This document shows positions 28,234 to 41,733 of a stretch of DNA of 64,000 nt, piece by piece (position 1 is the first letter of the stretch; each line of letters begins with the position of its first letter). This DNA is from Eledone cirrhosa. Lineage: Eukaryota. The notes below the pieces were generated by a model. The model did not search any database, was not told where the DNA came from, and was given only the letters and a program-made list of their open reading frames with translations. Position numbers and translations under genes: made by a program. Location: contig OZ024740.1 of NCBI GenBank assembly GCA_964016885.1, positions 206,770,001 to 206,834,000 of the forward strand, read 5' to 3'.

Positions 28234-31198
28234 CTCTATTATGCATCGGCTAAAGTCACCACTCACTTATGTGGAGTGAAGATGAAAAAACAAAGGAATT
28301 CCCACAAGAAATCTACTTGGCAAGATAACATCAATCGCCAAATAAACCTTCTCCGATCTGACATAGAAATTTTAACAAACTATAAAGTAGGTGAACATGT
28401 TAAACAAACTAAACTTAGAAAATTGAAAAAAAAGTACAGTATAAGATCAACATGTGACATAGACATGCTGATAGAAACAATCAAGCAAAAAGTGTCGGCC
28501 AAAGCTGCTCGTATAAGGCGCTTTGAAAAACGATCTAGATTCTATAAGGACAATAATATGTTCAAAAACAACCAAAGAAATTTCTACAGAAAAATTGGTA
28601 AGTCAACAATAACTGCTAAATCAATACCACCCAAGGAGGAAGTGCAAGAATTCTGGGAAAAGATCTGGGCCAAAGAAAAAGTTCATAACATACATGCCCC
28701 ATGGATAGACAGACAAATGAAAGAACAGCTCACCTTGAAGAACAAACATGGGAAAATATAACAGTTGAACAGCTGCGCTTGGCTCTAAGAAAAACCAGCA
28801 AATGGAAATCCCCAGGAAAAGACAAAATACAAAACTTTTGGATAAATGCCTTCACAGAGTCTCATGAGCTGTTAGCCCAACTTTACAATGAAATAGTTAA
28901 GGAGCCAGAACAGATACCATCATGGCTAGTTAACGGCATTACATTCCTGCTACCGAAGAATGATGAGACAAACAATCCCAAAAATTACAGACCGATAACC
29001 TGCTTGACCACAATGTATAAAATTTTAACATCAGTCCTAACTGAATACACATATGACCACCTGATAACAAATGACCTATTTCCCATTGAGCAGAAAGGGT
29101 GTAAACGAGGCTCATATGGCTGTAAGGATCAGCTTCTGGTTAACAAAATGATACTGGAAGATTGTCATAATAGACACAAAAATCTATCGATTGCTTGGAT
29201 AGATTATAAAAAAGAATTTGATGGTTTGCCACACAGTTGGATTGAAAAATGTTTAGAGATTTTCAAAATATCCCCCGTTATCAGGAGGTTTTTGTCATTC
29301 AGTATGAGGACATGGAGAACGACACTCCTTTTGAATAGTGAAACAAAATCACTGGAAGCTGGAGAAGTTAACATTAATTGTGGAATTTTTCAGGGTGACT
29401 CTTTATCACCGCTTTTATTCTGCATCGCACTTATACCATTAAGTTAAATGCTCAATGAAACAAAACATGGATATAGAGTCTATGACAAAACCATTAATCA
29501 CCTGTTCTACATGGATGACCTGAAACTATTTGCAAAAAATGATGAACAATTGCAAGGGCTATTATCCACTGTGAAGCAGTTCAGTGATGACATTAAAATG
29601 GAGTTTGGACTGGATAAATGCGCCAAAGCAACGTTCACCAGAGGAAAGCTGCTGAAGAGTTCAGACATTAATCTTGATCGGGGGAACGTGATAAGAGAGC
29701 TTGATCAAGAACAAACTTACAAATATCTAGGTGTTTGTGAAGGAGACGGAATCAAGCACTCGACAATGAGGGAAAGGATAAGGAAGGAATGTTACCGCAG
29801 AGTCAGAGCAATCTTAAGAACGGAATTGAATGCAAGGAATAGGATCGATGCCATAAACACGCTTGCCATACCAGTAGTAACCTACAGTTACAATGTCATC
29901 AACTGGTCAAGCACAGAGATCCGTAGGCTCGATACAAAAATCCGAAAATTCTTAACCATGCACAGAATGCATCACTCTAAGGCAGATATAGATAGAATAT
30001 ATCTCCCTAGGAAAGAAGGAGGACGTGGGTTAATCCAGTTAGACATTGCGTTGAAAACTGCAACAATTGGATTATCTACACATCTAAGGGAATCACATGA
30101 TTGGATGATCAAACTCGTTTTGAAACACGAAAGCACCAAAAGATCATATTCCATTACAAAAGATGCACAAAGATACAGTAATGGACTACAAATTTCAGAA
30201 GTCCCATTTACTGCTGAAATGGAAAACACAGAAAAAGCAAAGCAGGTAAAAGTAACTGCAAAGAAAGAACTGCTACAGAAACTGGCTAAGAAATGGCAAG
30301 AAAAGCCTCTGTATGGAAAATACCCAGAGCGAGCTAACAATCCTGATGTTGACAAAACTTTAACCCATCAGTGGTTGGCATCCTCTGGACTGAAATCGGA
30401 GACTGAAGGACTGATTATATCCGCACAAGATCAGTGTCTGCCAACAAAAAATTACCAAGCCAACATAATAAAAAATGGGTGCAGCCCATTATGCCGTATA
30501 TGCAAAAAACAACCAGAGACCATTGACCATATAATTTCAATGTGCAGTCCTATAGCTCCAACCGAATACCTAAACAGGCATGACAGAGCTGCACAATACA
30601 TACATTGGATAATGTGTAAGCATTTTGACCTGCCCCATCAAAAGAATTGGTGGGAGCATCAACCACCTCCCATACTTGAAAAAGATCACATCTCAATCTT
30701 GTGGAACTTTAGCATCCAAACAGACCGAAAAATAGATGCAAATAGACCTGATATAATATTGAAGGACTTTCAAAGGAGGGTATGCCTGCTAATTGATATG
30801 TCTGTTCCAATAGACAAGAATGTATCTATAAAAACATTTGAAAAATTGAGCAAGTATAAGGACCTGGAGATAGAAATTGGAAAAATGTGGAAATTGAGAA
30901 CTAAAACAATACCAGTGGTTGTAGGCGCTCTGGGAATGATACCTAAGGGGTCTAACGACTACTTATCGCAAATCCCAGGAAACCCGCGTATAGGAGAAAT
31001 ACAAAAGATAGTACTAATGGGAACTGCCCATATACTAAGGAAGATCCTGTCAATATAAGTACATCACAAGTCTAAACACTAAGGATGCATGTGTGAATAT
31101 GTGTGTTCTTTCTTGAACATGGCGGACCTTGTTGTCTCTTGAGGTCACTGGTTGTGACTTGGTGATAACTCGTATAAACATAAAGCAAGATAAATGCA

Positions 31199-31200
<2 letters not shown>
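28233..31200 (+). mobile_element. R4/Dong-like element, distinct family B, 5'-truncated
   Basis: WKSPGKD, YRPITCL, GIFQGDSLSP, FYMDD, CRIC..ETIDHIISMC, RHD and NRPDIIL..D..K.KY. One frameshift (~28720) and one stop (29445). (AAT)n on both sides. Confidence 0.93.
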
Positions 31201-31250
<50 letters not shown>

Positions 31251-31254
<4 letters not shown>

Positions 31255-31533
31255 CAGGACCTAAAGTGGGAGGTGAAAAGGATTTGGAACTGCCATGAAG
31301 TCAAAGTGATCCCGATTGTCATAGGCGCACTGGGGACTATCTCCAAAAGTTTCCAGGGATGGTTAAAGAAAATCGGTCCCTTCACGCTTTTTGGAACGCT
31401 TCAAAAGGCATGCTTGCTTGGAACAGCAAGAACCCTCCGATACGTCCTGAATATCTGAGGCTGCAGGTAGTGGCTTGATATTCAATCCAACGGACTTTCC
31501 AGTTAACCAACATCAATGACTGAGATTCAAGGA
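31251..31533 (+). mobile_element. Short 3'-terminal fragment of Dong-A
   Basis: YQDLKWEVKRIW...LRYVLNI plus 3' UTR, between (AAT)n tracts. Confidence 0.92.
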
Positions 31534-31562
31534 ATAACAACAATAATAATAATAATAATAAT

Positions 31563-31755
31563 AATTGTTTCTACTTTTGGCCACAAGGCCAGCAATTACC
31601 CAGTGCATTACTGGTACTTTATTTTATCGACCCCGTAAGGATGAAAGGCAAAGTTAACCTCGGCGGGATTTGAACTCAGAATGGCAAGGGCCGTAACTCT
31701 ATGCATCAAAGCATGGCATCCAACCCTCTACCGATACTGCCAATTCACCGCCCTC
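31563..31755 (-). mobile_element. SINE S1, full length, in (AAT)n
   Basis: Minus strand GGCGGTGAATTGGCAGTATCGG...GAGTTCAAATCCC...GCTGGCCTTGTGGCCAAAAGTAGAAACA then (ATT)n. Confidence 0.9.
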
Positions 31756-31769
31756 TATAATAATAATAA

Positions 31770-34700
31770 TGGATAAGGGAAGAAGACGCACGAGGTGGTA
31801 GAAGGTCATGAAATCGCTCCCGTAAGTTTTGAATTTTTAACATATTTAAATCATTTGTGAAATAACAACTCTTAGTACAAATGTTACGTAAAGCATCCGG
31901 CTTGAGCCCCCAAAAAATTCGGACCCAAAATATATTGTTATAAGGCTCAATATTCAAATATTCAACTTTGTATTGTACATTGTATATTCAAAAAAGAAAA
32001 TGGCTATAAATGGAAGAAGAAGAACCCCTCTCCCCTGTCTACACTATATAGAACAGCCAAACAACACCAATCTCACCAACACCAGAAACTAGATACACCA
32101 CCTACCCCATCACCTCTCTGTGTACACTAAACACAACAGCCAGATAACGGAAACTTCACCACCACCACAACCAATCTCAACATAATAATGATAATAATAA
32201 ATACTATTATTATTGTCCCAAGTTTTAACAAAATGTTTAATTCCAACATTAAGGGAATTTATGTCAACACATGTACGCGACTAACCCCATAGATTCACCG
32301 AACGGACACCAGTAACGACAACGCCGCCCATCCATCATTACTACCACTATCCCATCACCGCCGCCACCACTCCTTCATTGCTACCACAGCTACAACACCA
32401 TCACTACAGTAATACGATCACATCACCACCACCACTGCCTCAGTATCGACATCACCACCACCACTGTCTCAGTATCGCTACCGCCGCTATTCTCTCCCAT
32501 TGCTTCCTGCTAGTTGCTGCTAACACAGCAGCAACACCACATTAAAGAATTCCTACTAAAAAAGAGGAAGGCATCAAAATATATAGATAGACTCAAAAGA
32601 AAAAACAAAAATCAAAACCAAAGCAGCACAGCAACAACAACAACAAAAAAAAAAAGAAAAACAAACAGAGAAAAACAAAAACAAAAAAACGTAAAGAAAA
32701 TAAGAATGAAGAGAGAAACAAGCGGACGGACAGAGAAGAGAAGGGAAAAACTAAGTCAGACATTCGAAAACTACATTACGATGAAACTTATGCTTATTCA
32801 TTTTTGGGGTTTTTTCTGCCTGTTTGTTTGTTTGTTTATTTGTGTTCGTCTACAGCGTGGTGATAATGCCACACAAGAGCCAAGTGGAGTGACGCAACCA
32901 CCGGAGAGGGTGAATCCACAGATGGTTATGTAACCATACATTCGCCAATCCTCGATAAGAGTGTTTAAATATCGAACCTAAACAGTTCGAATAACGGTGA
33001 AATGGAGACTAGAACGACATGTGACAGACTCTCACCCAACAGGTGCTCCCTGGCTCAGCAGCAGGAACCTGGCTGTCAACCAAATACTGCTGGTGTCGGA
33101 GGAAGAAGAAGAAGGAAAGGGACCAGAACCAACTGGACGAACGAATTGAATAGAACTGTTATGCAATGTTACCTGAAAAGTAACACCAAGGAGAGGGGCT
33201 ATAGGAGACGGATGCATAACATCTGGAACGAGATTGTCCATTTAAATTAGATGAACAAAAATTGGCCGGGCAGGCTCGGGTAATAAGAACTAATGGGTGG
33301 ATAAGCGAGCTGGAACTGGAGGAACTGTGCAGAGAGATTAGCTTGGAGATGGAGGGTGGAGTATGCCAGGCAAACGAGCCAGTGGGAAATGAAGGTGAAG
33401 AGGTCGAGAGAACGGAGGAACCACCCGAAGCAGACAATGATCTGAATGCTGAGATAAATAATACCTGGAACAGAGATACGGCCATTGAGGAGATGAATGC
33501 TGACGGGGTAGGACAAGATTTGGTTGATATCCTAAACTTAGTGGTAGATGAATTGAACAATGATAGTGGGAAACCTATGAACCTAAGATTTGTAGACAGG
33601 AAAAAGTTAAAAGAAACAACAGCTAAGGTAAACAAAGTCATCCCATACCTTGAGGCGAGGAGCCTTCACCAGTGCAACAATATCCTCAAAGCAACAGCAA
33701 AAGCGGTGAGGAAATTAGTTGGCATAAAAGCGAGAGGAAACAACAAACAAGAAAGATCAGAACCTTGGTGGAAGAAACGACTGAATGGTTAAATCAGGGA
33801 AATGAGAAATGACATTGGAAAGCTTGAGTCCCTACTGAATGGGACACTAAAAAACATAGACACTAAAAGTAGACTGGAAATAAAGTACAAAACTAGGAGG
33901 AAAAGCTAAATATTATCATAGAGGAACTGAAGCAACGCATTGTAGCAAAGAGTGCAAAAATTAGGCGATACGAGAGCAGAGTCAGTCAGTATAGACAGAA
34001 CCGCATGTTTGACAACAACCCGAAGATGTTGTTTGGACAGCTTGAAGGGAAAGAAAGAGGCAACGACTTGATCCCTGAGGCGGAACAAACTAAGACATTC
34101 TGGAGAGGAATATGGGAGCAGGATGTTAAACATAATGACCAGGCAGTGTGGATTGAGACAGTACAAAAGGAGATTAGTGAACAGGCACACCAACAAACTG
34201 TGAGTATCACAGTTGAAACACTTAAGGGGCAGGCCAAAAAACTAATCAACTGGAAATCACCAGGCCCAGATGGTGTGCAGGGGTATTGGATTAAAAATAT
34301 AACATCCCTCCACCCGAAACTGACAACCATGTTCAATGACTGCTTGATGTCAGGTGAGCTACCAGAGTGGTTGACAAAAGGTACCACAGTTCTGATAATG
34401 AAAGACCGAATCAAGGGTAATGATGTTACCAACTATAGACCTATCACATGTCTGTCCGTAATGTGGAAACTGTTGACAAGCATTATGTCTGAGGAAATCT
34501 ACCATCACCTCCACACAAACGAGTTGTTACCGGACGAACAGAAAGGATGCCGAAAGAAGTCCCGTGGTACAAAGGAACAGTTACTTATTGATAAGATGGT
34601 AATGAGGAATTGCAAGAGGGGACACACTGGTCTTGCCATGGGATGGATAGACTACAAAACGGCATTTGACATGGTGCCCCATTCTTGGAACACCAAAAGC

Positions 34701-36450
34701 CTAGAGATCTTCAAGGTGGCAGATAACATCAGACAGTTGTTGGGCAAGAGTATGAGGTCCTGGGAAACAGAGTTGACATCAACTGGAGAATCCTTGGGAA
34801 GCGTGAAGATCAAGAGAGGTATCTTCCAGGGAGATAGCCTGTCCCCTCTGTTGTTTTTCCTTGCCCTGATGCCCCTGACCAGTGTACTGCGAAGAGTGAG
34901 AGCAGGATACGGGTTGGGAAAGGGAGGGCTTACCATCAATCACCTCCTCTTCATGGACGATCTTAAGCTCTTCGGGAAGAGTGAGAAGGAGTTGGATGTG
35001 CTTGTTGACACTGTCCGTATTTTCAGCAGTGATATATGTATGCAGTTTGGTATTAGTAAGTGTGGAGTCATTGTGATGAGGAGGGGTAGGTTGAGCAGAA
35101 GTAACGGAATCCAGATACCAACAGGTGAGATGATAAAGGAAATTGACTCTGAGGAAGGATACAAGTATTTGGGCGTTCTGGAGGCTGATGGCATAAAGAA
35201 CAAAAAAATGAAGGAATTGTTAAGAAATGAATACATTCGGAGAGTAAGGAGCGTATTGAAGTCACATCTGAACAGCAGAAATGCCATAAGCGCAGTAAAT
35301 TCCCGAGCTGTGTCTATTATTAGGTACAGTGCGGGAATTCTGAGATGGAATGTTGCTGAACAAAAAGAAATGGATAGAAGACTAGAAAGCTATTGACTAC
35401 CTACAACATATTCCACAAGAGGAGTGATGTCGATAGACTCTACCTAAGGAGATCTGAGGGTGGAAGAGGTCTTATCAGCATAGAGGACTGTGTTCAGATG
35501 GAGAAAAACAACCTACACAAATACGTGACTGATAGTAAGGAGCCAATGCTCAGAACTGTACTGAAGGAGGGGACAATAGGCCAGGGGATGTCCAAGGAGG
35601 AAATAACATAGAGAAGAAAGAGCAGCCTTGAGGAAAAATCCCTTCATAGTACCTTCTTTGAGAAAACTGAATTTAGAGATCCACAGACATGGAACTGGTT
35701 GAGAAGAGGAGACCTTAAAAAGGCTACAGAAGGAATGTTAATGGCTGCGCAGGAGCAGGCCCTCAAAACAAAGTGGTTGAAACACCATATTCACAAGGAG
35801 GAGGCTAGCCCACTGTGCAGGATCTGTGGAGAGAGAGGAGACTGTGGCGCACATTGTATCCGAGTGTAAACACCTAGCCCAGACCTACTATAAGGGCTGG
35901 AGACATGATGTGATGAGCAGGGTGATCCACTGGCACCTGTGCAAAGTAAACAATTTACCACATTCTGAGAAATGGTATGAGCCAGAGGCGGTGATGGAGA
36001 ACGATCAGGTGAAGGTGCTGTGGGATTTTAGGATACAGACGGACAAGAAACTGGAACACAATAGACCTGACCTGGTGGTTGTGGACAAGGAAAAAAGATT
36101 GTGCCTGATTGTGGATGTGGCCTGCCCATTCTACACGAGAGTGCAAGAGAAGGAGAGGGAGAAAATTAACCGATACCAGGACTTAAAGTGGGAGGTAAAA
36201 AGGATTTGGAACTGCCATGAAGTCAAAGTGATCCCGATTGTCATAGGCGCACTAGGGACTATCTCAAAAAGCTTCCAGGGATGGTTAAAGAAAATTGGCC
36301 CCTTCACGCTTTTTGGAACGCTTCAAAAGGCATGCTTGCTGGGAACAGCAAAAACCCTCCGATACGTCCTGAATATCTGAGGCTGCAGGTAGTGGCTTGA
36401 TATTCATTTCAACAAACTTTCCAGTTAACTAATGACTGAGACTCAAAGAG
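31770..36450 (+). mobile_element. Dong-A copy 3, apparently full length with ~1.2-kb 5' UTR; ORF disrupted
   Basis: Starts directly after (AAT)n. The 5' region from 31975 aligns with 20012. ORF pieces span 33002-36380 with FMDD and RLE motifs. Confidence 0.93.
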
Positions 36451-36457
36451 TAATAAC

Positions 36458-36500
<43 letters not shown>

Positions 36501-36502
<2 letters not shown>

Positions 36503-36616
36503 TGTTTCTACTTTTGGCACAAGGCCAGCAATTACCCAGTGCATTACTGGTACTTTATTTTATCGACCCCGGAAGGATGAAAGGCAAAGTTAACCTCGGC
36601 GGGATTTGAACTCAGA
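36501..36616 (-). mobile_element. SINE S1, 5'-truncated, in (AAT)n
   Basis: B box through tail, nearly identical to 31563-31680. Confidence 0.9.
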
Positions 36617-36889
36617 ATAATAATAATGGTTTCTTTATTGGCCACAAGGGCCGACACGAAGAAAAACATTAGAGACGGCACAGATCAGTACAGGACGATA
36701 CAAAGTGGGTTTTGGTCGTGTAAACAGGTTATAACAAAATCGGGCTAGAAATCCAAAAAAATTCAAACAACAAAAATTCCCCAAGAAGGGGGAAACCTCC
36801 GAGGGTCACTCGTGGTGAAAAAAACACAAAAGACCACGGCCACACTGACCACCAGGGCAAGCGCTCTCTCTCACTTTTCCCACTCCTCA

Positions 36890-39800
36890 CTCTACAGGCG
36901 TATACTCAGAGCAGGCCCGTTCACTCGGACCAGACTCGTCACTTTCACCTACCTTTCAACAAACTTACTAGAAGACAGCACTTGCCTCTCCACCCTGATT
37001 TTCCTCTTCAAGTGAAACTTGAAAAAGTTAATCAGGGATTGGCCGGAGAGGAAAGTGTCCGTCTTCAACCCTTTTAACCTTGTCTACCACACAATCTCTT
37101 TCGCCATGGCCACCAGGCAGATGAAAACTGCCTGCCCTTCCCGACTAAAGGAAGAGGGCGGGGCAATCCTCACAATGGACTCAGTCGATAACCGTCAGCA
37201 ATCCTCGGGCACTGAGCGAGTGTGTGCAGGACGGTTTCGTGCCCTGCGCGCATCTCGGACAGGCTCAGCTGACAGCACTTCCGTGCCTGTAGAGCTTATC
37301 CCGAACCGGCAACGCTCCCCGGTAGCACTGCCAGGCCAGGGGTTTCTGGAAGTTGTCCATAGACCCCGGTCTGAAAATTCTCTTGAAGAGAGTGAACAGC
37401 TGATCGTCTTCGACGCCCAGGGTCTCCCCGAGATCGTCGTCGCTCTTTCCCTCCCCTCAATAGAATGCCGAGGTGGATGTTCCACCGATACTAGTGCCCA
37501 GCTGGTAGATGCAGTGAGCGCTTGGAGACATTCCAGCTTCCAAGTGCTATCCTTCGGTCTTTTCCTGATCCAGGACTGCAGCTCCGTCAAGGAGACGAGT
37601 TGGGGAAAAGCGCGTCTGGCAAACGGCGACCACACCTGTTCACCGTCAAGGAAGCACCAGAGATGTCGCAGCCTCAGCGCATGTTTGCGCATCATCAGCC
37701 ACGGCATGCCTAGTCCTCCACGCAACGGGTGTTGACAGCAAATGGATCGTCTGACCATGGGAGCACATCCCTTCCACAAAAAGCGGAAGAGTCGGCGCTC
37801 CATTTTGGTCAGAGTTGGACGGGGGAAAGGTACGACGGTCAGGCGGTAGCAGATGACGGACGCGATGTACGCATTCGTCACCTCCGCCCGATCTTTCAGA
37901 GACAGTCTCTTCTCGGCCCATTTCTGGGTGAGAGAGGCCACCCTGCTCGTCACCTCGCTCCAGTTTTTCTCCATCTGGAGGTCCAGACTGAACCAGACCC
38001 CGAGTAATTTAACGGGTCCTTCCGTCCAGCGCCCTACAACGCTGTCGGACGGCATGGACATGCCTCTCCAGGTGCCGAGTTGCAAGCCCACTGACCTTTC
38101 CTGGTTTATCTTTGCTCCTGTCACCGCTTCGTATTCTTTGAGAGCGGCGCCAAGCATCTGGACATGTTTGGTGCGCGACACCACCACGGTGACGTCGTCG
38201 GCGTAAGCTGACATGGATGTCCCGCATCCCAGTTCACATGGGACTCTCCTCATCGTCTCCAATTTGTGCAGTAATAGCTCTAGGGCCAGTACGTACAAGA
38301 GGGAGGAGAGGGGGCAACCCTGGCGGACCGAGCGCATGATGCTGAAAGGCTGCGATTCACCTTCACAATCGAGCAGATGTCGCTGTGCACCGCAGCGATC
38401 CAGCCCCTAAAAACGGCCCGAAGCCGGTAGCCTCGAGGACCGCAGCCAGGTACCGATGGTCGACCCTATGAAATACTTTAGATTGATCCAAGTTGATCAG
38501 GGCTCCACCCGTACCTGGTTCCTTAACCACCCTCTCTATGATGTATCGCATGACAAGGAGCTTGTCGTGGTTGGATCTGTCCAGAATGACGCATGTCTGC
38601 GCGTCTCCCACCAAGTCACCGACTACAAGCGCCAATCTCTTTGCTAACACCTTGACCAAAATCTTAAACTCTGCGTTTAGCAGAGTTATGGGCCTGAAGT
38701 TGTCTATAACGTCCCCCTTGTTCGGGTCTTTTCTCAGCAGCGCCACCGCTCCCCGGCTCACAAAACTGGGAATGCTCCCGTTCTGCTGCCGGTTGCAGTA
38801 GACATCTGCCAAGAGGTCACCGAACAAGTCTGGCATATACGCATAAAGCTCGTAGGGCAGACCATCCAAACCTGGTGATTTACCCCTTGTGCAGTCAGAG
38901 ATCACTTCTCGTATTTCACCTGTTATCGACTTTTCGCAGCACTTCGCTGCGGTCGTCGAGAGCCGCGGCAGTCCGTCGATGTTTGCACCGAAGTCCATAC
39001 TCCGATCCGGCCCGCCGCCGCACACATCTGCTCGGGTTCGAGCAATATGCACCCGTTTTGATCAGGCAAAGACCGAATTGTGGACTTGTTGCCACGTCGC
39101 GCCTCCACCACCCGGGCCCATTGAATGGCTTTCGTCCCCTCGTGTCTTAGAGCACGCACTCTAGCTCTGACAACGCAGCCTTCATGCTTTGCGTTGAAGA
39201 ATTGGTCGAGTGCCAATCTCGCCGCAAGCACGTCGATTGCGATGTCTGTCCTAAACGCATCTTCTAGCTTTCTAACTAGCTTTCCCTCTACTTTATTTTC
39301 CTCTATCACTACTGCTTTGCTAAACCTTATCGATTCTACCCTAATAGCTCTTTTCAGGGTAAACCACCACCTGTTGTTGACGATCGCACCCGTCAATGCA
39401 CGCTTAACTAATTCTCTAATCCGTTCTCTGTAAGCTTTGCGCGCCGGAATAGACGCGTTCAGCTTCCAGTAACCGGGCCCTTGCCTATGGAGTTTATCTA
39501 AGTCAACTTCACAGATCACAAATTTGTGGCCTGTGTAGTCGACTACTTTAAATTGTGGACAACCTACACTAGCCTTATCTGCTTCCCTACAGAATATCCT
39601 ATCTAAATACGATCTGGATGACCCGATGCGGTTTGCCCGTGTCCACATTGGCACATTCGGATAATCCAGTCTATACCTGTCAGACAGTTCAAAACGTCTG
39701 AGCAGGTTGTTGAGGCTTTTATACCCTCCACCCTGTCTACTAGTCCCACATAATCCCAGCGTGCATCTAAGATACCGTTCCAGTCGCCCACTAACACTAA

Positions 39801-40197
39801 AGAGCGTTCCAAGAAAGGTTTCTAGACATCTGAAGAAATCTGACCGTCCTACTGTTGGGGCGTAGACGGCTAGTAGCCTGAAAGCATTGCTCTCGCTGCC
39901 GGTAACGTTCAGCACCACTGACTTACATTCTGGGTCCAGGAAGATGGCCCGTATGGCGAGATCCAAGCCTCTCCGAAAAAGCACAGCAACTCCTCCCTTC
40001 AATCCCGGACGACTGGGAGATGCGTATACATTGTAGCCGCCGAAGATCGGTGCGTAGGCTCGTGTTTGGGAGATTCTGGTCTCGCTGATGGCCACCACAT
40101 CTATGTTTAGTGACCTGAGGTCATTAAGCAGGTGACTCTGCTTCCAAGATGACCCCAGGCCACCTACATTTATACTGCCTATTCTAAGTACGCCCAT
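36890..40197 (-). pseudogene. Tx1-A ORF2 (APE-RT-zf), frameshifted
   Basis: ORF pieces 38923-40233, 38363-39052 and 37195-38337 are colinear with the family B protein. Confidence 0.88.
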
Positions 40198-40392
40198 GTT
40201 GGGTGAAGAACGGGGTAAGTGAGAAAGGATCACTTACCTTGATCGTGTGGGGAAGGGACAGTACAACCTTCCCTTCAGCTGGTCATGGGTGTCTCCAAGG
40301 TGATATCTGTATATATTCTTTTGGGGAGTGACCCTCTAAAATCCCCAACGCAGTGGGGGAATTTTTGCTTTAATTGTTTATAGTCTTCCAGT

Positions 40393-41733
40393 TTAATGTC
40401 GACAATTGTAATGTTTTTGGGCAATGTTCTTGGTGTTGGTGGGGTGTGGTAATTTAAGTCTGAAATATCGGTGTGGTGTTTTATGTTCTATTAATCCTTT
40501 GTGTGCAATGTTTATGGCTGTGTACCTTTGTGTGTGTGTGTGTGTGGAGGTGGGGGGGGGGTGCTGTTGGGTGTGAGTGGTTTGTTGTGTTTGTGGTGAT
40601 GTTTGGTGGTGGTGTGGTTGTTGTGTTTGCGATGTTGCTGGTGTGGTTATTGGTGGTGATGCTTGTGGTGGTGATGGTGGTGGCGTTGCTTCAAGTCTCC
40701 TTACAGCCTTTACCCCTCTTTCTTTGCCCTCGCTTTTGGAGGGAGAAGCTGTGGTGTTTTGCGTTTGTTTTTTTTTTTGTTGACAACCGTTTTCCACTCC
40801 TCAGCCGCCTCATACTTCATGTCCGACTGTGAGAGGTCGGGGTGGGGTATGAGTTCTATCCTCTCATTTGTCTTTGTTGTTGTGTTGTAGTTGGTGGTGG
40901 TGGTGGAGCCTGGTCTGCCGTTTTTGGCACAGGTGCAGCAAGTGCAACTGTTTCTGTTGCTGTTATTGCCGCCGATGCTTTTGTTGTCCATGGCTTTGGT
41001 GTGGGTGCCACAGACGTTGTCCTACTCTCTGTAGAAGATCCTGACTTCCTCGCTGCCTGCCCTGTTTCTGATGGCAGCGGTTCCGGCGTTGGAAGGAGGG
41101 GGACCTTCGCCTTAGTTATCTACTGTGGGCATAAGGCCCTGAGGTGAGACTTCGATCCTCAGTTGTTATACTTTAGGTGCCTTCCTTTCACAGATTTGGG
41201 AAGTTGGGAGCCATTCTCGATGTTTATTATGTTGGGAATAGCGCTGATGCAGTCCTAGTCAGTTTGGATGAGCATCTCCATTCCAATACCGGACCAGTCC
41301 TCTCTCCCCAAAGTTTGTACCTGCAGAATTGTCGTTTTGTCCTCGATGCCCACAAGCACAGATACGACCAGCCAAGGCACGGATACGTAGGACAGGACCT
41401 GCGTCACCCTGACCTTTGCATTTTTTCCGCAGTAAAAAGGGACTAATATTATTTCATCACTCCGTAGGGTTGAGATTTTGCTTCCTGGGTGGTAGCAAAA
41501 AGGACCTCAACAGTAGCATACTTTTTGCCTCGGGTGATGTGGGTTTTCCGTGCCCACACAGTCTCCAAGACCTTTTGTATTTGGGCTTCCGAGGCTCTCT
41601 CCACACGACGCGATTTCGTGGCAATCGTGCGGTATGACACTATGCGTCGCTCTTGTTCCCCCAGGAAGTCGGTTGGTGGTTTCAAGGAGAATGAAAATTC
41701 AGTTTTGGTTATCATGTGTCTTGCGACCGCCAT
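40393..41733 (-). pseudogene. Tx1-A ORF1 (gag-like), frameshifted
   Basis: Lies upstream of ORF2. Knuckle remnant KYNN*GSKSHLRALCP and basic WKTVVNKKK motif. Confidence 0.65.

Noticed and set aside
32856-33000. HDV-like ribozyme in the Dong 5' UTR
   Set aside because: Could not assemble P1-P4 pairings by eye.
20011-36450. Dong-A copies 1 and 3 as a simple segmental duplication
   Set aside because: Different 5' ends, many substitutions and indels, and different neighbours. Not fully excluded, given the shared frameshift and shared F-Y-T variant.
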